Positions 35,135-45,744 are shown, numbered from the stretch's first letter. The stretch is 64,000 nucleotides of DNA from a virus (IMGVR_UViG_3300025018_000138:10816-74815); one strand, 5' to 3'. A program made the numbers and translations. Notes: generated by a model not told the origin, from the letters alone.

Positions 35135-36436
35135 TTATAATCGTATAAAAACTTTATTTGACGCTCTTGTTATAGCAACATATAATAACTGATTTCTTTC
35201 TTTAATGACGCTATTTCTTGCGATATTAGGCATATCAATAAACACATTAGCAAATGTACTACCTTGTGACTTATGTACGGTTAGGGAGTGAGAATACGAA
35301 ATATCATTAAAGAATTTTTTTACTTTATAATGAGTTTTCCAATCTTTTTTATCAGCAGTTTTTCTAAGAAAATCTTTTAAATCATCTTCATATGCTTCAT
35401 GAATAACTCGAATAAATTTTTCAGTTATTGTTCCCACTAATCGTATACCTAATTCATAGTAATCTAATTTACAAGGGTTACTAAGAGTTTTAATTTTAAT
35501 TGAAGTAACTATTGCTTCTTCGGAATTTGGTAATACTATATTCATACCAATTTCATCAAGACACGCTTCATTCGCAATAATTTTATCACCAATGACAAAT
35601 TTATCATCTGATTTTACGAACAATCCACGTACTTTAGTGTTCCATGTGGAAACATTGACATTGGTATATGCTAATATCCTACAAAAATCTTCATCACGAC
35701 TATAATCATCAGATAAAAAATATTCATTTAAAGTAGATGTAAATTGTCTCCTATCTAATAGGATTACAGAATCGGATTCATGTTTTTCAACTAAGTCTTC
35801 AAAATCGATTCGCTTATCCAAGTTTTCTCTAATATCGGTAGCAAGTCTACCAATTTCATTCCCATAACGAACTACATTAGTCAATGTTTTTGTAGTTTTT
35901 TCATTACCTTGTAATGCCAATGATTCAATTTCTTTAATAGGTGGTAATTGTGCAGGGTCTCCAACAAACAGAATCTTAATGGTATAACCGCTAACCGCTT
36001 TTGTTATATAATCTTCATACAACACTTTATTAATCATAGATGCTTCATCTATAATAACAAAATTATAATCGTATAACGACTGGTCTACGGTTTTATCAGG
36101 TATATATGTTTCTTCACCCGTTTTATAATCTACAAAAGGCTTGATTGCCAAATGTCCATGTATAGTTTTAGTCTCTACATTTGCCAACCCCGATTCTTCC
36201 AATTTTTTACGAATCACCTTTACTGCTTTATTAGTTGGTGCAGAGATGGTCAAGTCAGCACGATTTACACCATAAACTAATGGTCTGTGATGTTGTACAT
36301 ATTCTGCTAAACTAATGAGAAGCGTAGTTTTTCCCGTTCCTGCAAATCCTTTTAGTACATAAAATTGGTCATTCGGTGAAGTCACCCATTTGATAATATC
36401 ATCAAATGCTTCACGTTGTTCGTCTGTTAATGTCAT
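35135..36436 (-). CDS. SF1B DNA helicase (Dda/RecD-like)
   Basis: GFAGTGKT, IIDEASM, GDPAQLPP, HKSQGST, YVAITRA. Confidence 0.92.
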   Translation of the reverse strand: MTLTDEQREAFDDIIKWVTSPNDQFYVLKGFAGTGKTTLLISLAEYVQHHRPLVYGVNRADLTISAPTNKAVKVIRKKLEESGLANVETKTIHGHLAIKPFVDYKTGEETYIPDKTVDQSLYDYNFVIIDEASMINKVLYEDYITKAVSGYTIKILFVGDPAQLPPIKEIESLALQGNEKTTKTLTNVVRYGNEIGRLATDIRENLDKRIDFEDLVEKHESDSVILLDRRQFTSTLNEYFLSDDYSRDEDFCRILAYTNVNVSTWNTKVRGLFVKSDDKFVIGDKIIANEACLDEIGMNIVLPNSEEAIVTSIKIKTLSNPCKLDYYELGIRLVGTITEKFIRVIHEAYEDDLKDFLRKTADKKDWKTHYKVKKFFNDISYSHSLTVHKSQGSTFANVFIDMPNIARNSVIKERNQLLYVAITRASNKVFIRL

Positions 36437-36483
36437 ATCGAATATTAATAATTAAAATTTAATTAATGCTAAGATACAAAATC

Positions 36484-36987
36484 TCATTTACAAAATAAAA
36501 TCTTTTGTAATAATTTTGCTCTACATCTTTTGACATTTCTATTGATTTCCTTTTCTGTAAAACGAATTAAATTTAATTTATTCATTTTTGCTAATTTGTT
36601 CTTAACAAAATCATTCGTTACATTCTTCTTTTGAACTTCATTCAAATCCTTTTTAGTATTACCATGCCAGTAGTCACCATCAACCTCAATTAATAATTTT
36701 ACCGATGGGATATAAAAATCATAAAACTTGGTAGCAATCCTATATTGTGCTTCATAAGGATAGTTTAATGGTTTCAAAACATAATCTTCAAATGTTGTTT
36801 CAAGACCTGAAGATTTAATAAATTTTTTTGAAACTATATACTTATTGATGGGTAATCTCTTTTTAACAATATCTGTGAACTTAGTAAAATTAATTCGATT
36901 TCTTACTTTCAATTTATTTTTTTTCGCTATCGATTTGGAATTTTGCGTTAAAGATTTCTTTATTCTCTTTATGTCAAATTTTTTCAT
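36484..36987 (-). CDS. DUF559/Vsr-like PD-(D/E)XK endonuclease
   Basis: YDFYIP..LLIEVDGDYWH. Confidence 0.85.
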   Translation of the reverse strand: MKKFDIKRIKKSLTQNSKSIAKKNKLKVRNRINFTKFTDIVKKRLPINKYIVSKKFIKSSGLETTFEDYVLKPLNYPYEAQYRIATKFYDFYIPSVKLLIEVDGDYWHGNTKKDLNEVQKKNVTNDFVKNKLAKMNKLNLIRFTEKEINRNVKRCRAKLLQKILFCK

Positions 36988-37028
36988 ATATTTGTTTAAC
37001 TTGTTACTATAACTATATAATTATCACT

Positions 37029-37358
37029 ATGACTACAAAAAATGTAAAATATAAATACGCTTCTCGATTGATGGAACGATTATCAAAAGATTCTGATGGT
37101 GAACCTATAGACCGCACCACAGAAGTTGATACCGAAGATGTACAATTATCATCAAAAAACATCAGGGGTATAATATCTGATAATAAAAATATGATAAAAG
37201 ATATAATTAATAAAGAATTGGCATTACCCGACAAGGAATTTTCTAATGATGAATTATTACAACGTATATTCTTCTTAGAATACGAAAATTCACAAATCAC
37301 ACAAGAGGTTGAACGCTTACACAGGTTGTTAATCTTAAATAATATTAAATTTAATTAA
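37029..37358 (+). CDS. hypothetical protein
   Basis: 109-aa ORF heading a plus-strand operon. Confidence 0.55.
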   Translation: MTTKNVKYKYASRLMERLSKDSDGEPIDRTTEVDTEDVQLSSKNIRGIISDNKNMIKDIINKELALPDKEFSNDELLQRIFFLEYENSQITQEVERLHRLLILNNIKFN

Positions 37359-37360
37359 TT

Positions 37361-37759
37361 ATGAACATAAAAATATATATAGATTCAGTTAAAAAGGTTA
37401 TCAAAGAAAATTTAGATACGTTATATAATGTACAAGATGGATATCCTACCCCAGAAGATAAGTTCGAAAAATGGATGTCATCAAAACCCGATTTAGCATC
37501 CAATGGTATAATGTTTGATTTATCCGATAATCGCATCGTACATGGACTAATTTTTAGATATTCAGATGATATTATTTTCGGTTCAATCAGTGATGGTGGT
37601 ATCGATGCAGAAGTATTTGATTTACCTAAAGATTCAGGAAAATACTTCGCACGTTTCAAGAGTGAAATCAAAAAGAAATATGATGAATCACTTCTCAATG
37701 AAGATGATTGTAAAAAACAATTTGAAACATATCTTTCTAAAAATTTTATAAAGCTTTAA
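37361..37759 (+). CDS. hypothetical protein
   Basis: 132-aa ORF. Confidence 0.55.
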   Translation: MNIKIYIDSVKKVIKENLDTLYNVQDGYPTPEDKFEKWMSSKPDLASNGIMFDLSDNRIVHGLIFRYSDDIIFGSISDGGIDAEVFDLPKDSGKYFARFKSEIKKKYDESLLNEDDCKKQFETYLSKNFIKL

Positions 37760-37769
37760 ATAAACAATA

Positions 37770-38930
37770 ATGGCAGATTATCCATCAATAGTTATTCCTT
37801 ATTACGAAGGAACTACTCCTTACATCTCAGGTAGTACAACACCGTTCAAATATTTTGATAATGAGTCCACCTTTGTATCGTTTGCACCTACGGTAGCAGA
37901 TTATGTAGCATCTAATCTTGGATTTCCTGTACATCAAATTGAGATTACTCCAAATCAAATATACACGAATTTAGAATCTGCAATGGTTACGTATTCTAAA
38001 ATTATAAATGAGTTTAGAACCAAAGAAGATTTTTTTAATCTTATTGGTCAACCAACAGGTAGTAATTATACAAACCGCTTACCATATCAATCTAATCGTT
38101 ATCTGATTAGATTATCAGAAGCTTATTCCGCAGAAGCTAAAGTTTCTACTCATGTTTCATTATATACATCATCGGTAGAGTTGGATACTAATCAATCGGT
38201 GTATAATATCAAGCAACACCTGATGGATATACACCCCGATGAATATGAATTCCAAATAAATATGGTTTTTCATAATCGTATCCCTGCAAACAGACAATAT
38301 TTAAATTCGAATTTTGCATTCCCAAATGGGGTAAATGCAGGGATGATTGGTGATAATTCTTACTATACAATGTATCCATTGGGGTTTGACCTGTCTCGTA
38401 TGCAAACTGTTAATACACATAGAGATATGAGATTGAGTGACTACTCATTTAAATTAGAAGGTGATAACATTCGTTTTCTACCAATACCCAAATACCCAAT
38501 GAAAATTTGGTTCAATTATTATGTAGGGTCTGAATTATCAGGCAAATTTGCTGATGATAAAAATAATGCATATACACAAGATAATCTAATAGTAAACCCC
38601 AGTGATATCCATTATGATTTTCTTCCTTTCTCCCGACTAAATCAACACGCAAAACAATGGATTATCGATTATACATTGGCACTATCAATGATTACTTTAG
38701 GTATTAACAGACGTAAATTTGGTTCTGTTAATTATCCAACTGGTACAATTAGCTTGGATGGGGATGCATTTGTAGGAGATGGTTCTACCAAAAAAGATGC
38801 TTTAGAGCAAGAATTACGAGAAATGTTGATGAAATTGTCTAAGGAGGAAGGTATGGATATACAAGCAAGAATATTACAAAATCAGAAACAATTATTAGCA
38901 GCAATACCATTAGGTATATATAGATTTTAA
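37770..38930 (+). CDS. head-tail adaptor/neck protein (T4 gp13-like)
   Basis: C-terminal WIIDYTLAL..LG..RRKF....P.G...LDG pattern. Confidence 0.7.
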   Translation: MADYPSIVIPYYEGTTPYISGSTTPFKYFDNESTFVSFAPTVADYVASNLGFPVHQIEITPNQIYTNLESAMVTYSKIINEFRTKEDFFNLIGQPTGSNYTNRLPYQSNRYLIRLSEAYSAEAKVSTHVSLYTSSVELDTNQSVYNIKQHLMDIHPDEYEFQINMVFHNRIPANRQYLNSNFAFPNGVNAGMIGDNSYYTMYPLGFDLSRMQTVNTHRDMRLSDYSFKLEGDNIRFLPIPKYPMKIWFNYYVGSELSGKFADDKNNAYTQDNLIVNPSDIHYDFLPFSRLNQHAKQWIIDYTLALSMITLGINRRKFGSVNYPTGTISLDGDAFVGDGSTKKDALEQELREMLMKLSKEEGMDIQARILQNQKQLLAAIPLGIYRF

Positions 38931-38959
38931 AAAAAGGTCAGATATCTGACCTATAAAAA
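38931..38959. terminator. bidirectional terminator between convergent genes
   Basis: AGGTCAGA/TCTGACCT flanked by A-runs. Confidence 0.6.
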
Positions 38960-39172
38960 TTAATAATCGTTATTATAATCATCGTCATCATAATATGATT
39001 TATTATCGTAATCTTCGTCATCGTCATCCATAGATGTAAATTCATCCAATCCGAAACTTCCTTCCTCGACCTCAAGTTTTGTTTTATCAATTAAGTTGGA
39101 GCATTCATCATACAAACCTTGGTTTAATAATTTTGATAGTTTTGTTAATACTTTAATAAATAATTCATCCAC
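38960..39172 (-). CDS. small acidic hypothetical protein
   Basis: 70 aa, Asp-rich tail. Confidence 0.55.
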   Translation of the reverse strand: MDELFIKVLTKLSKLLNQGLYDECSNLIDKTKLEVEEGSFGLDEFTSMDDDDEDYDNKSYYDDDDYNNDY

Positions 39173-39239
39173 TATAGTTATATTTAAATTGTTAATGTAT
39201 AACGCTTAAATATAGGCTATAGTGGATTTTTAAACTAAA

Positions 39240-41837
39240 TTATTCTGTCTCAATATCTTCACCGATAATTTCTTCAATCGAAATTGAAGCATCGGTAGTA
39301 AGAATCAATCCTGCAATCGAAACTGCATTTAATAAAGCAGATTTTGTAATCTTAAATGGGTCAATAATACCCATCTCAAACATATCTCCATTAGTATTAT
39401 TTCTAACATCTAATCCCATGTTTACATTAGAATCCTCAGTGAATCGCTTTACAAATTCTCTAATATCATTTTTACTATAACCTGCATTTTCTAATATGGT
39501 CTCAAATGGTTTTTTTAATGAATAAAATAATATATCATATGCTAAATTTTTTTCTATTGATTTATTAATATATTTTGATGGAGAATATTCTGTTGATATT
39601 TTCAACAATGGAATCCCACCACCTGCTACAATACCATACTCAGTTGCAGATTTAGTAGCAAATAATGCATCTTCAATTCTATCCTTTTTCTCTTGTAATT
39701 CTACTTCAGAATTTGCACCAACTTTGATGATGGATACACCATTTGTAAAATTAGCATAACGTTCATTAATAGCATTTCTTTCAAACATTGATAATTTTGA
39801 GTCATTGATTAAAGATTCTAATAATTCTTTTCTATCATTGTATTCTTTAACTTTTGGAATACCACCGATGATAACAGAATTCTCTTTTTTACTTATAATT
39901 CGTTCAGCTTGACCTAAGTAGTCCATCGAAATATTTTTAATAGAATGTCCAAGTTCGGGAGTTATGAATGTAGCACCCGTAGATACTGCAATGTCCTTCA
40001 TAATCTCTTTTCTATTATCTCCAAATGATGCAGCTTTAATCAGACAAACTTTAATCACTCCACTTAATTTATTCTGAGCTAATACTCCTGCTACTTCCGC
40101 TTCAAAATCTTCAGCAATAATAACCAATGGTTTTCCTGATGATACTACACCTTCAAGCACAGGTAATAATTCTTTAGCAGTTGATAAAGTACCTGCATAT
40201 ACCATGACAAACGTGTTGTTTAATTCTGCTACCATTTTTTTCATGTCAGTAACAAAATAAGAAGAGAAATAACCTCTATCAATCTGCATACCCTCGACAT
40301 GTGACAAATAAGTTTCATCATTTTCTGAATCTTCAACTGATACATATCCACCGACACCAACCTTGGATATAGCTTTAGCAATGATAGAACCTAGAATGGT
40401 ATCTCCATTTGCAGAAATAGTTGCTACTTGACGTAGATGTTCTTCTGAATCAATATTTTTTTTCATTGATTCTAATTTTTCAACTACATCTACTGTTAGT
40501 AAATCCAATTCTCGTTTCAATTGAATTAAATTCATAGATTGGTTTGATGATTTAATTAACTCAAATGCTTTATGAAGAATTGCTTGTGTTAATACAGTTG
40601 CAGTAGTTGTATTGTGTGTTAAAATGAAATTATCAGTGAAATAAAGTTTATCGTTATTGCTGACTTTTATACAACGCATTGGAGTATATACATCAGTAGG
40701 AGTAATAGATACTATTTTGTTTCCATATTTATACCCTTTCAATTGTATAAATCTATGAATAGGATTATAGGAATAAGAATTGTCATCACTATCTCTTGTA
40801 TGAAATTTGAAATTTAAAGAAATGCCTAAACTATAACATAATACTTCAAAGTTTCTTGCTAACCTTCCACTTACGGTACTAAATACAAATCTACCTCGTT
40901 TATTTTTATAACCACCCATGTCAAGTAAACCTTGTAATAAATTTTCTCTTGTTGTATAATCATTATATAGATATTCATCTGGAATAAATTTAGTAAAACT
41001 ATTTACACCACGTAAATTAAGTTGTTCTAAAATTTCTGATAAGGATTTACCATATAATTTAACTCTAAAACTATTACTTTTTTCTACATGAGTTACATCT
41101 TTTCGTACACCTTCGGGTAGAATCAATTTGTCAATGATATGCTGCTTTTTAAAACCTAAAGATAACTCTATAGTTTCTCCACTTAAACTTCCATCGCCTA
41201 ATAGTACACCTAGTGTGTAAGGGTCTATGGGTACAGATTTCTGTGGAAAATTGACACCTTCTGATTGCACATAGTATCCATGTCTATTATTTTTCATTGT
41301 TATTCTACCAGAGTCTATTAAAGCACGTGTGGACATAGACTTCTTAGCACCATAATTAGTTATTACCGTCCATATATGAGTATCATCACAGTCGACCACT
41401 CTACCATCAGCAAATTTCACTTGATGTATTTGTAAATTACCTTTTTCATACACTTCTTCTACTGTTTGTACAGTATTATTAGTACCATTGATTAAATCAC
41501 CCTTTTTAATTTCAGCCATAGTAGTCCAACCATTTGGTGTGGAAATTTTAGACCAAAGTGGTTGACAACCGTCACCTGCATTATCGGCAGTTTTTTCAGC
41601 TACGGATTTGATTAAATCCGCACCCATATTTTCGATTGGGTCTTTAAGTATAATGTGTTTCGCAACAGTTACCCCATCTTTAGTAATTAGTGGTAGTTGC
41701 ATTTCTCGTTGAATGATAACATTCTTACCCGATGCACCAAGCGTTGATTTAACTGCATTAGCTAATTTGTCAACGCCTGATTTTAATTTATGACGAGTTT
41801 CTACATCGTATGATATATGTTTAATTATCTGTTTCAT
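39240..41837 (-). CDS. groEL: chaperonin GroEL (intein-containing; 546 aa after splicing)
   Basis: TKDGVTVAK, AGDG|TTTATVL, DRGYFS, KDRIEDALFAT, GIVAGGG, GIIDP. Confidence 0.95.
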   Translation of the reverse strand: MKQIIKHISYDVETRHKLKSGVDKLANAVKSTLGASGKNVIIQREMQLPLITKDGVTVAKHIILKDPIENMGADLIKSVAEKTADNAGDGCQPLWSKISTPNGWTTMAEIKKGDLINGTNNTVQTVEEVYEKGNLQIHQVKFADGRVVDCDDTHIWTVITNYGAKKSMSTRALIDSGRITMKNNRHGYYVQSEGVNFPQKSVPIDPYTLGVLLGDGSLSGETIELSLGFKKQHIIDKLILPEGVRKDVTHVEKSNSFRVKLYGKSLSEILEQLNLRGVNSFTKFIPDEYLYNDYTTRENLLQGLLDMGGYKNKRGRFVFSTVSGRLARNFEVLCYSLGISLNFKFHTRDSDDNSYSYNPIHRFIQLKGYKYGNKIVSITPTDVYTPMRCIKVSNNDKLYFTDNFILTHNTTTATVLTQAILHKAFELIKSSNQSMNLIQLKRELDLLTVDVVEKLESMKKNIDSEEHLRQVATISANGDTILGSIIAKAISKVGVGGYVSVEDSENDETYLSHVEGMQIDRGYFSSYFVTDMKKMVAELNNTFVMVYAGTLSTAKELLPVLEGVVSSGKPLVIIAEDFEAEVAGVLAQNKLSGVIKVCLIKAASFGDNRKEIMKDIAVSTGATFITPELGHSIKNISMDYLGQAERIISKKENSVIIGGIPKVKEYNDRKELLESLINDSKLSMFERNAINERYANFTNGVSIIKVGANSEVELQEKKDRIEDALFATKSATEYGIVAGGGIPLLKISTEYSPSKYINKSIEKNLAYDILFYSLKKPFETILENAGYSKNDIREFVKRFTEDSNVNMGLDVRNNTNGDMFEMGIIDPFKITKSALLNAVSIAGLILTTDASISIEEIIGEDIETE
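40611..41567 (-). mobile_element. intein (319 aa) with LAGLIDADG homing-endonuclease domain
   Basis: starts Cys (CQPL), ends THN before Thr; block B DDTHIW; LGVLLGDGS and LLQGLLDMGG. Confidence 0.93.
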
Positions 41838-41846
41838 AGTTAATTT

Positions 41847-42557
41847 TTAAAGTTTAAATTGATAAATTGTATTGTTTGCGATGTTTCTTACTTTATTATA
41901 AAGTCCATCACCTTCTCTAGAACCTGCGTTATTAGTATTACCTTCAATAGTAACAACTTTATCAGGGATATTTTGCATTAAAGATTCGATTGGGTCAACT
42001 ATATATACATGTCCGAACCCGTTATCATTAACCCACCCACCGATTACTATTGTATCTCGTCTGAGTTGATTAATATTAGTCACTTTAATATAATTTGCTC
42101 GAACACTTGCCCAATCTAACATATCTTTTGCGCGTGCAGTTTTTAATAATTTGTTATGAACATCAGGGTAAGAATTGAATAGTACATACGTTACAAAAAT
42201 TGCACACCATGCGTATCCTTTTGTAGTTTTATCTTCGATATTAAACTGAGGAAATACAAATTTAATCATCTTATCAATTTCTTCACCACGATTATCTGAT
42301 TTCCCATCACCATCAACGTCAATTTCTCGTATATTTTTTAATAATAATTTGTGTGACGTTACTATATGTTCAGGTGTAATAAGTTTTAAATAATCATAAA
42401 GTTTTTCTGTAGTAGTTCCACCCACTGATGAATCGAATAATACTGATGATTTAAGATGGGTAAGCGTTTGATTCCCAAATACACCATCGGTAGTAATACC
42501 AAGAGCATATTGTAATAATCGTACATCCCCACCACGAGATTTTAATGTTAAAGTCAT
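41847..42557 (-). CDS. endolysin: PG-binding domain plus CHAP amidase
   Basis: LLQYALGITTDGVFG; AWCAIFV, GHVYIV, TIEGNT. Confidence 0.85.
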   Translation of the reverse strand: MTLTLKSRGGDVRLLQYALGITTDGVFGNQTLTHLKSSVLFDSSVGGTTTEKLYDYLKLITPEHIVTSHKLLLKNIREIDVDGDGKSDNRGEEIDKMIKFVFPQFNIEDKTTKGYAWCAIFVTYVLFNSYPDVHNKLLKTARAKDMLDWASVRANYIKVTNINQLRRDTIVIGGWVNDNGFGHVYIVDPIESLMQNIPDKVVTIEGNTNNAGSREGDGLYNKVRNIANNTIYQFKL

Positions 42558-43147
42558 AATGTTTTTTGTGTTAGTTTTTGTTGATTATAAATATACTTTT
42601 CTTTTCTATCCATTATAGAATAAATTTTTTCGAAACTTATTGGTTCACCATCATAACCATCTACACCAACATCTAAAAGTTTTTCATTTATTAATAATGG
42701 TTGGTTATGAAAAGTTGAACCATGAAGCATCCATGCACCTTCGTTCTTTCTGTTCCAATTTAATTGTGGATGATGATTTAAAGTAATTGATATATCATTA
42801 ATGAATATATCGAGTTTATAGCTGATAGACATCAATTTATCTTTACACGCCAAAATTGTATCGTGTGTATCTGATGTTCCAATAATCAAATTTATATTTC
42901 CATTTAGTTTCTGTAAAATAGATTTAGTAAGTGGTATCGAACCTACACTAAAATTTCCTAAATGAAAAACTATATCGTTACGCTTAACAACAGAGTTCCA
43001 TTTCTGAATCAAATAATCATTCATTTGTTCTACAGTCCATGATTGACGTTCATATAATATATCTTCATCATAAAACAACTGGTCTGATGTAAATAATATA
43101 TCATCTCTAACTGCATTAAGAGCTTTCATGCCTTTAATAACGTACAT
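42554..43147 (-). CDS. degenerate calcineurin-like phosphoesterase
   Basis: FTSDQLF / HLGNF / GTSD / HGSTF in place of DxH, GD, GNHD, HGH. Confidence 0.7.
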   Translation of the reverse strand: MYVIKGMKALNAVRDDILFTSDQLFYDEDILYERQSWTVEQMNDYLIQKWNSVVKRNDIVFHLGNFSVGSIPLTKSILQKLNGNINLIIGTSDTHDTILACKDKLMSISYKLDIFINDISITLNHHPQLNWNRKNEGAWMLHGSTFHNQPLLINEKLLDVGVDGYDGEPISFEKIYSIMDRKEKYIYNQQKLTQKTL

Positions 43148-43148
43148 A

Positions 43149-43577
43149 TTACTTTTGTTTTAACGATTTGATTTTATCTTTGATTTCTAAAATTTTTGAA
43201 TTAAGTGTTTCACGTTCTGATTGCAAACCTTTGAGTTCATCATTCAAGCGAGATATTAATTTTATATGAGAAATTTTTAATTCGGGTATAAAATAAAAAG
43301 GGAATGATTTGTGATTAAATTTTACTACTGAAAATACATCATAAACTTTTGATTTATCAAACTGTTTTTGGTCATCAGTAGAAATTTTATCAATGGCACA
43401 TACTAAATCAGATAAAGAATTTATTTTATTCGCATCATAACCACCAATTTTTTCATTTATCAATGGTTGTGGTGATACTCTATATTTTTTTAATTCTTGT
43501 TCATAATACGTACATTGTTTTTCGGTATCAAATTCAAACCCATCTTCTGATTGGTATTTGACTATCATATTACCCAA
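43149..43577 (-). CDS. hypothetical protein
   Basis: 142 aa, coiled-coil end. Confidence 0.55.
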   Translation of the reverse strand: MGNMIVKYQSEDGFEFDTEKQCTYYEQELKKYRVSPQPLINEKIGGYDANKINSLSDLVCAIDKISTDDQKQFDKSKVYDVFSVVKFNHKSFPFYFIPELKISHIKLISRLNDELKGLQSERETLNSKILEIKDKIKSLKQK

Positions 43578-43776
43578 ACATCAGACGTTTATTTGCAACA
43601 CTTAGATTCACCGTTTTTACTTCACAGATAGTTTTCGGTACTTCTTGTACGATTCCACCATCTTGAATGAAATAATTTTTCTCATCTTGGTACATAACAG
43701 GATAGTGAACATCCAATTTTAGATTTTTTGTAGTAGTAAATCTTGCATCAGTAATTTTAACAAGCATTTTTTCCAT
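43570..43776 (-). CDS. hypothetical protein
   Basis: 68 aa. Confidence 0.5.
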   Translation of the reverse strand: MEKMLVKITDARFTTTKNLKLDVHYPVMYQDEKNYFIQDGGIVQEVPKTICEVKTVNLSVANKRLMFG

Positions 43777-43800
43777 AATAGTTTAATTTATAGGTTAGGG

Positions 43801-44115
43801 TTAATTGTTTAAGTAGGCGAATTTAGTAAAAACATATTTTTTTGTTTTAATAAATTCTTTTTTTAAAAAAGTTATATCGGTTTCGGAAATATTTATGAAC
43901 TCATTTCGAATTTTATACATTATTGTATGATTTTTATTATGTCCATTGTATTCCATTGTAAAAAAATTGTTAGATTTTATATCATCATCAAAAATTTTTT
44001 TGATTTTATGATTATTTATAATCATTTCAAAGTATAATTTTTGGTTTCTGTCAACCGATTTATATAAAATATAACAAAAATTTAAATCGGAGACTAATTT
44101 TTTTAAAAAGTCCAT
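43801..44115 (-). CDS. hypothetical protein
   Basis: 104 aa. Confidence 0.5.
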   Translation of the reverse strand: MDFLKKLVSDLNFCYILYKSVDRNQKLYFEMIINNHKIKKIFDDDIKSNNFFTMEYNGHNKNHTIMYKIRNEFINISETDITFLKKEFIKTKKYVFTKFAYLNN

Positions 44116-44161
44116 AAAATGTAAGAGTAATTATGGACTTTTTATAAAATAAAACTACTTT

Positions 44162-44884
44162 TTAACGATAATTTTTAAAATCTTCTGTTTCTGCATAATA
44201 TTCTAAAATTCTATCTACTACGGGGTGTCTATGATTAGTTAAAAGTTCACTAAATCCTACCCCTTCGATTTTATCTCGAAGATTAATCAATTTATTTATT
44301 CCTGATGTAGGTTTTCTTTTTAAATCAATCTGATTTATATCACCACATAGTACCATCTTCGAATGTAACCCTAAACGTGTCATAACCATTGCAGTTTGTT
44401 CATTGGTTAAATTTTGTACTTCATCAGCTATGATAAATTTATTAAGGAATGTTCTCCCTCTAAAAAATTGTAATGGAACTATCTCCAATTTGTTTAATAA
44501 TATTAGTTTTTTAAACTCCACTTTACCAACAACCGATTCAATATTGTCGTATACGGGATATACCCATGGTTGCATTTTATCGTTCAAATCTCCCTTTAGA
44601 AAGCCAATATCTTCTGTACCCACTGTAGGTCTTGTAATAACTATTTTATCAACTTCATCGGCATATAATAGTTCGATTCCTGTTAATACTGCGGTTAATG
44701 TTTTACCACTTCCTGCTTTACCCGTTAATACTGTTATATCATTTTCAATTATTATTTTTTTTGTTATCTGTTGCTCTTTGTTTAATCTAATTCTCGATTT
44801 CATTAGATTCTCGATTGATAACTCGGTTAAACTATTTTCATGGATAACCATTTTTGTGTTATTAGAATTTTTATTTCTTTTCAT
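44162..44884 (-). CDS. phoH: PhoH-family ATPase
   Basis: GKAGSGKT, IGFLKGD, FRGRTF, DEVQN, GDINQID. Confidence 0.95.
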   Translation of the reverse strand: MKRNKNSNNTKMVIHENSLTELSIENLMKSRIRLNKEQQITKKIIIENDITVLTGKAGSGKTLTAVLTGIELLYADEVDKIVITRPTVGTEDIGFLKGDLNDKMQPWVYPVYDNIESVVGKVEFKKLILLNKLEIVPLQFFRGRTFLNKFIIADEVQNLTNEQTAMVMTRLGLHSKMVLCGDINQIDLKRKPTSGINKLINLRDKIEGVGFSELLTNHRHPVVDRILEYYAETEDFKNYR

Positions 44885-45416
44885 ACGATAGTTGTTTTGT
44901 TTCTAGGTAATTAATCATAAAATGAAAATATATATCCTTTGATAATTTTTTCATTTCAGTAGATATTTCAGAAACCACATTTTTTGTATTTTTTTCGAAC
45001 CATGAACCATCAGTAGATTTTCTTACGATGTCACTATCTGATATATCTACTAAATATAAAAATCTTTGTGATGTGGCTGATTTAGAATGAAACACTGAAT
45101 CTAAAAATTCCCACTTTGATTTATCTTCTTGGACTATCCCACTCTCTTCTGCTAATTCTCTTATTGCAGTATCAAAATGATTTTCGTTTGGTTCGATTGT
45201 ACCCGATATACAAGTTAATTCAGCTTTTTTGTTTCTCCATATATTAATTGGTTCTAAAAGATAGACCACATATATCTTATCATTTGATATAAAATATGGA
45301 AGAACCATCACCTTATCTGATTCTTTAAAAATCGTATATTTATCCCCTGAATCAGAGTTTGTCTTCTCGATTAACGAGACCCATTTGTTTTTAAATAATA
45401 TTTTTTCTTTACTCAT
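44871..45416 (-). CDS. NUDIX hydrolase
   Basis: GTIEPNE..TAIRELAEESG Nudix box. Confidence 0.88.
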   Translation of the reverse strand: MSKEKILFKNKWVSLIEKTNSDSGDKYTIFKESDKVMVLPYFISNDKIYVVYLLEPINIWRNKKAELTCISGTIEPNENHFDTAIRELAEESGIVQEDKSKWEFLDSVFHSKSATSQRFLYLVDISDSDIVRKSTDGSWFEKNTKNVVSEISTEMKKLSKDIYFHFMINYLETKQLSYEKK

Positions 45417-45434
45417 TATAGCTTAAATATAATA

Positions 45435-45710
45435 TTATTTCAATAATAAAATAGAATCTTTTAAGAAAATCCCATCAAATTTTAATAATATTATATAATA
45501 CCCATTTTGTAAATCATTATTTTGTGGTTGTGTACCCGAACCATCACTTATTGTACTCCAAAGAGTTTTATCATTGAAAAAACCATTACCTTGAGAGTAA
45601 TAACTTGTTTGTCCGAATACGTTACCGATAAAGAAAAATAAAGTAAAGAATAGTGAAAACCAAAATGGTTTCCAATGTGTTTCGATGATGTTATATAGCG
45701 TTTTATTCAT
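45435..45710 (-). CDS. small secreted-type protein resembling fused ends of a T9SS substrate
   Basis: signal-like N-terminus, QTSYYS..W motif, C-terminal LQNGYYII....ILLLK. Confidence 0.45.
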   Translation of the reverse strand: MNKTLYNIIETHWKPFWFSLFFTLFFFIGNVFGQTSYYSQGNGFFNDKTLWSTISDGSGTQPQNNDLQNGYYIILLKFDGIFLKDSILLLK

Positions 45711-45744
45711 ACCAATAAGTATATTATTTAAAAATAATTGGTAT

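Noticed and set aside
44403-44891. Plus-strand 162-aa ORF, and similar antisense ORFs (e.g. 913-1155, 17011-17397, 19195-19584, 25658-26011, 60442-60831)
   Set aside because: Shadow ORFs fully antisense to well-supported genes, with no motifs.
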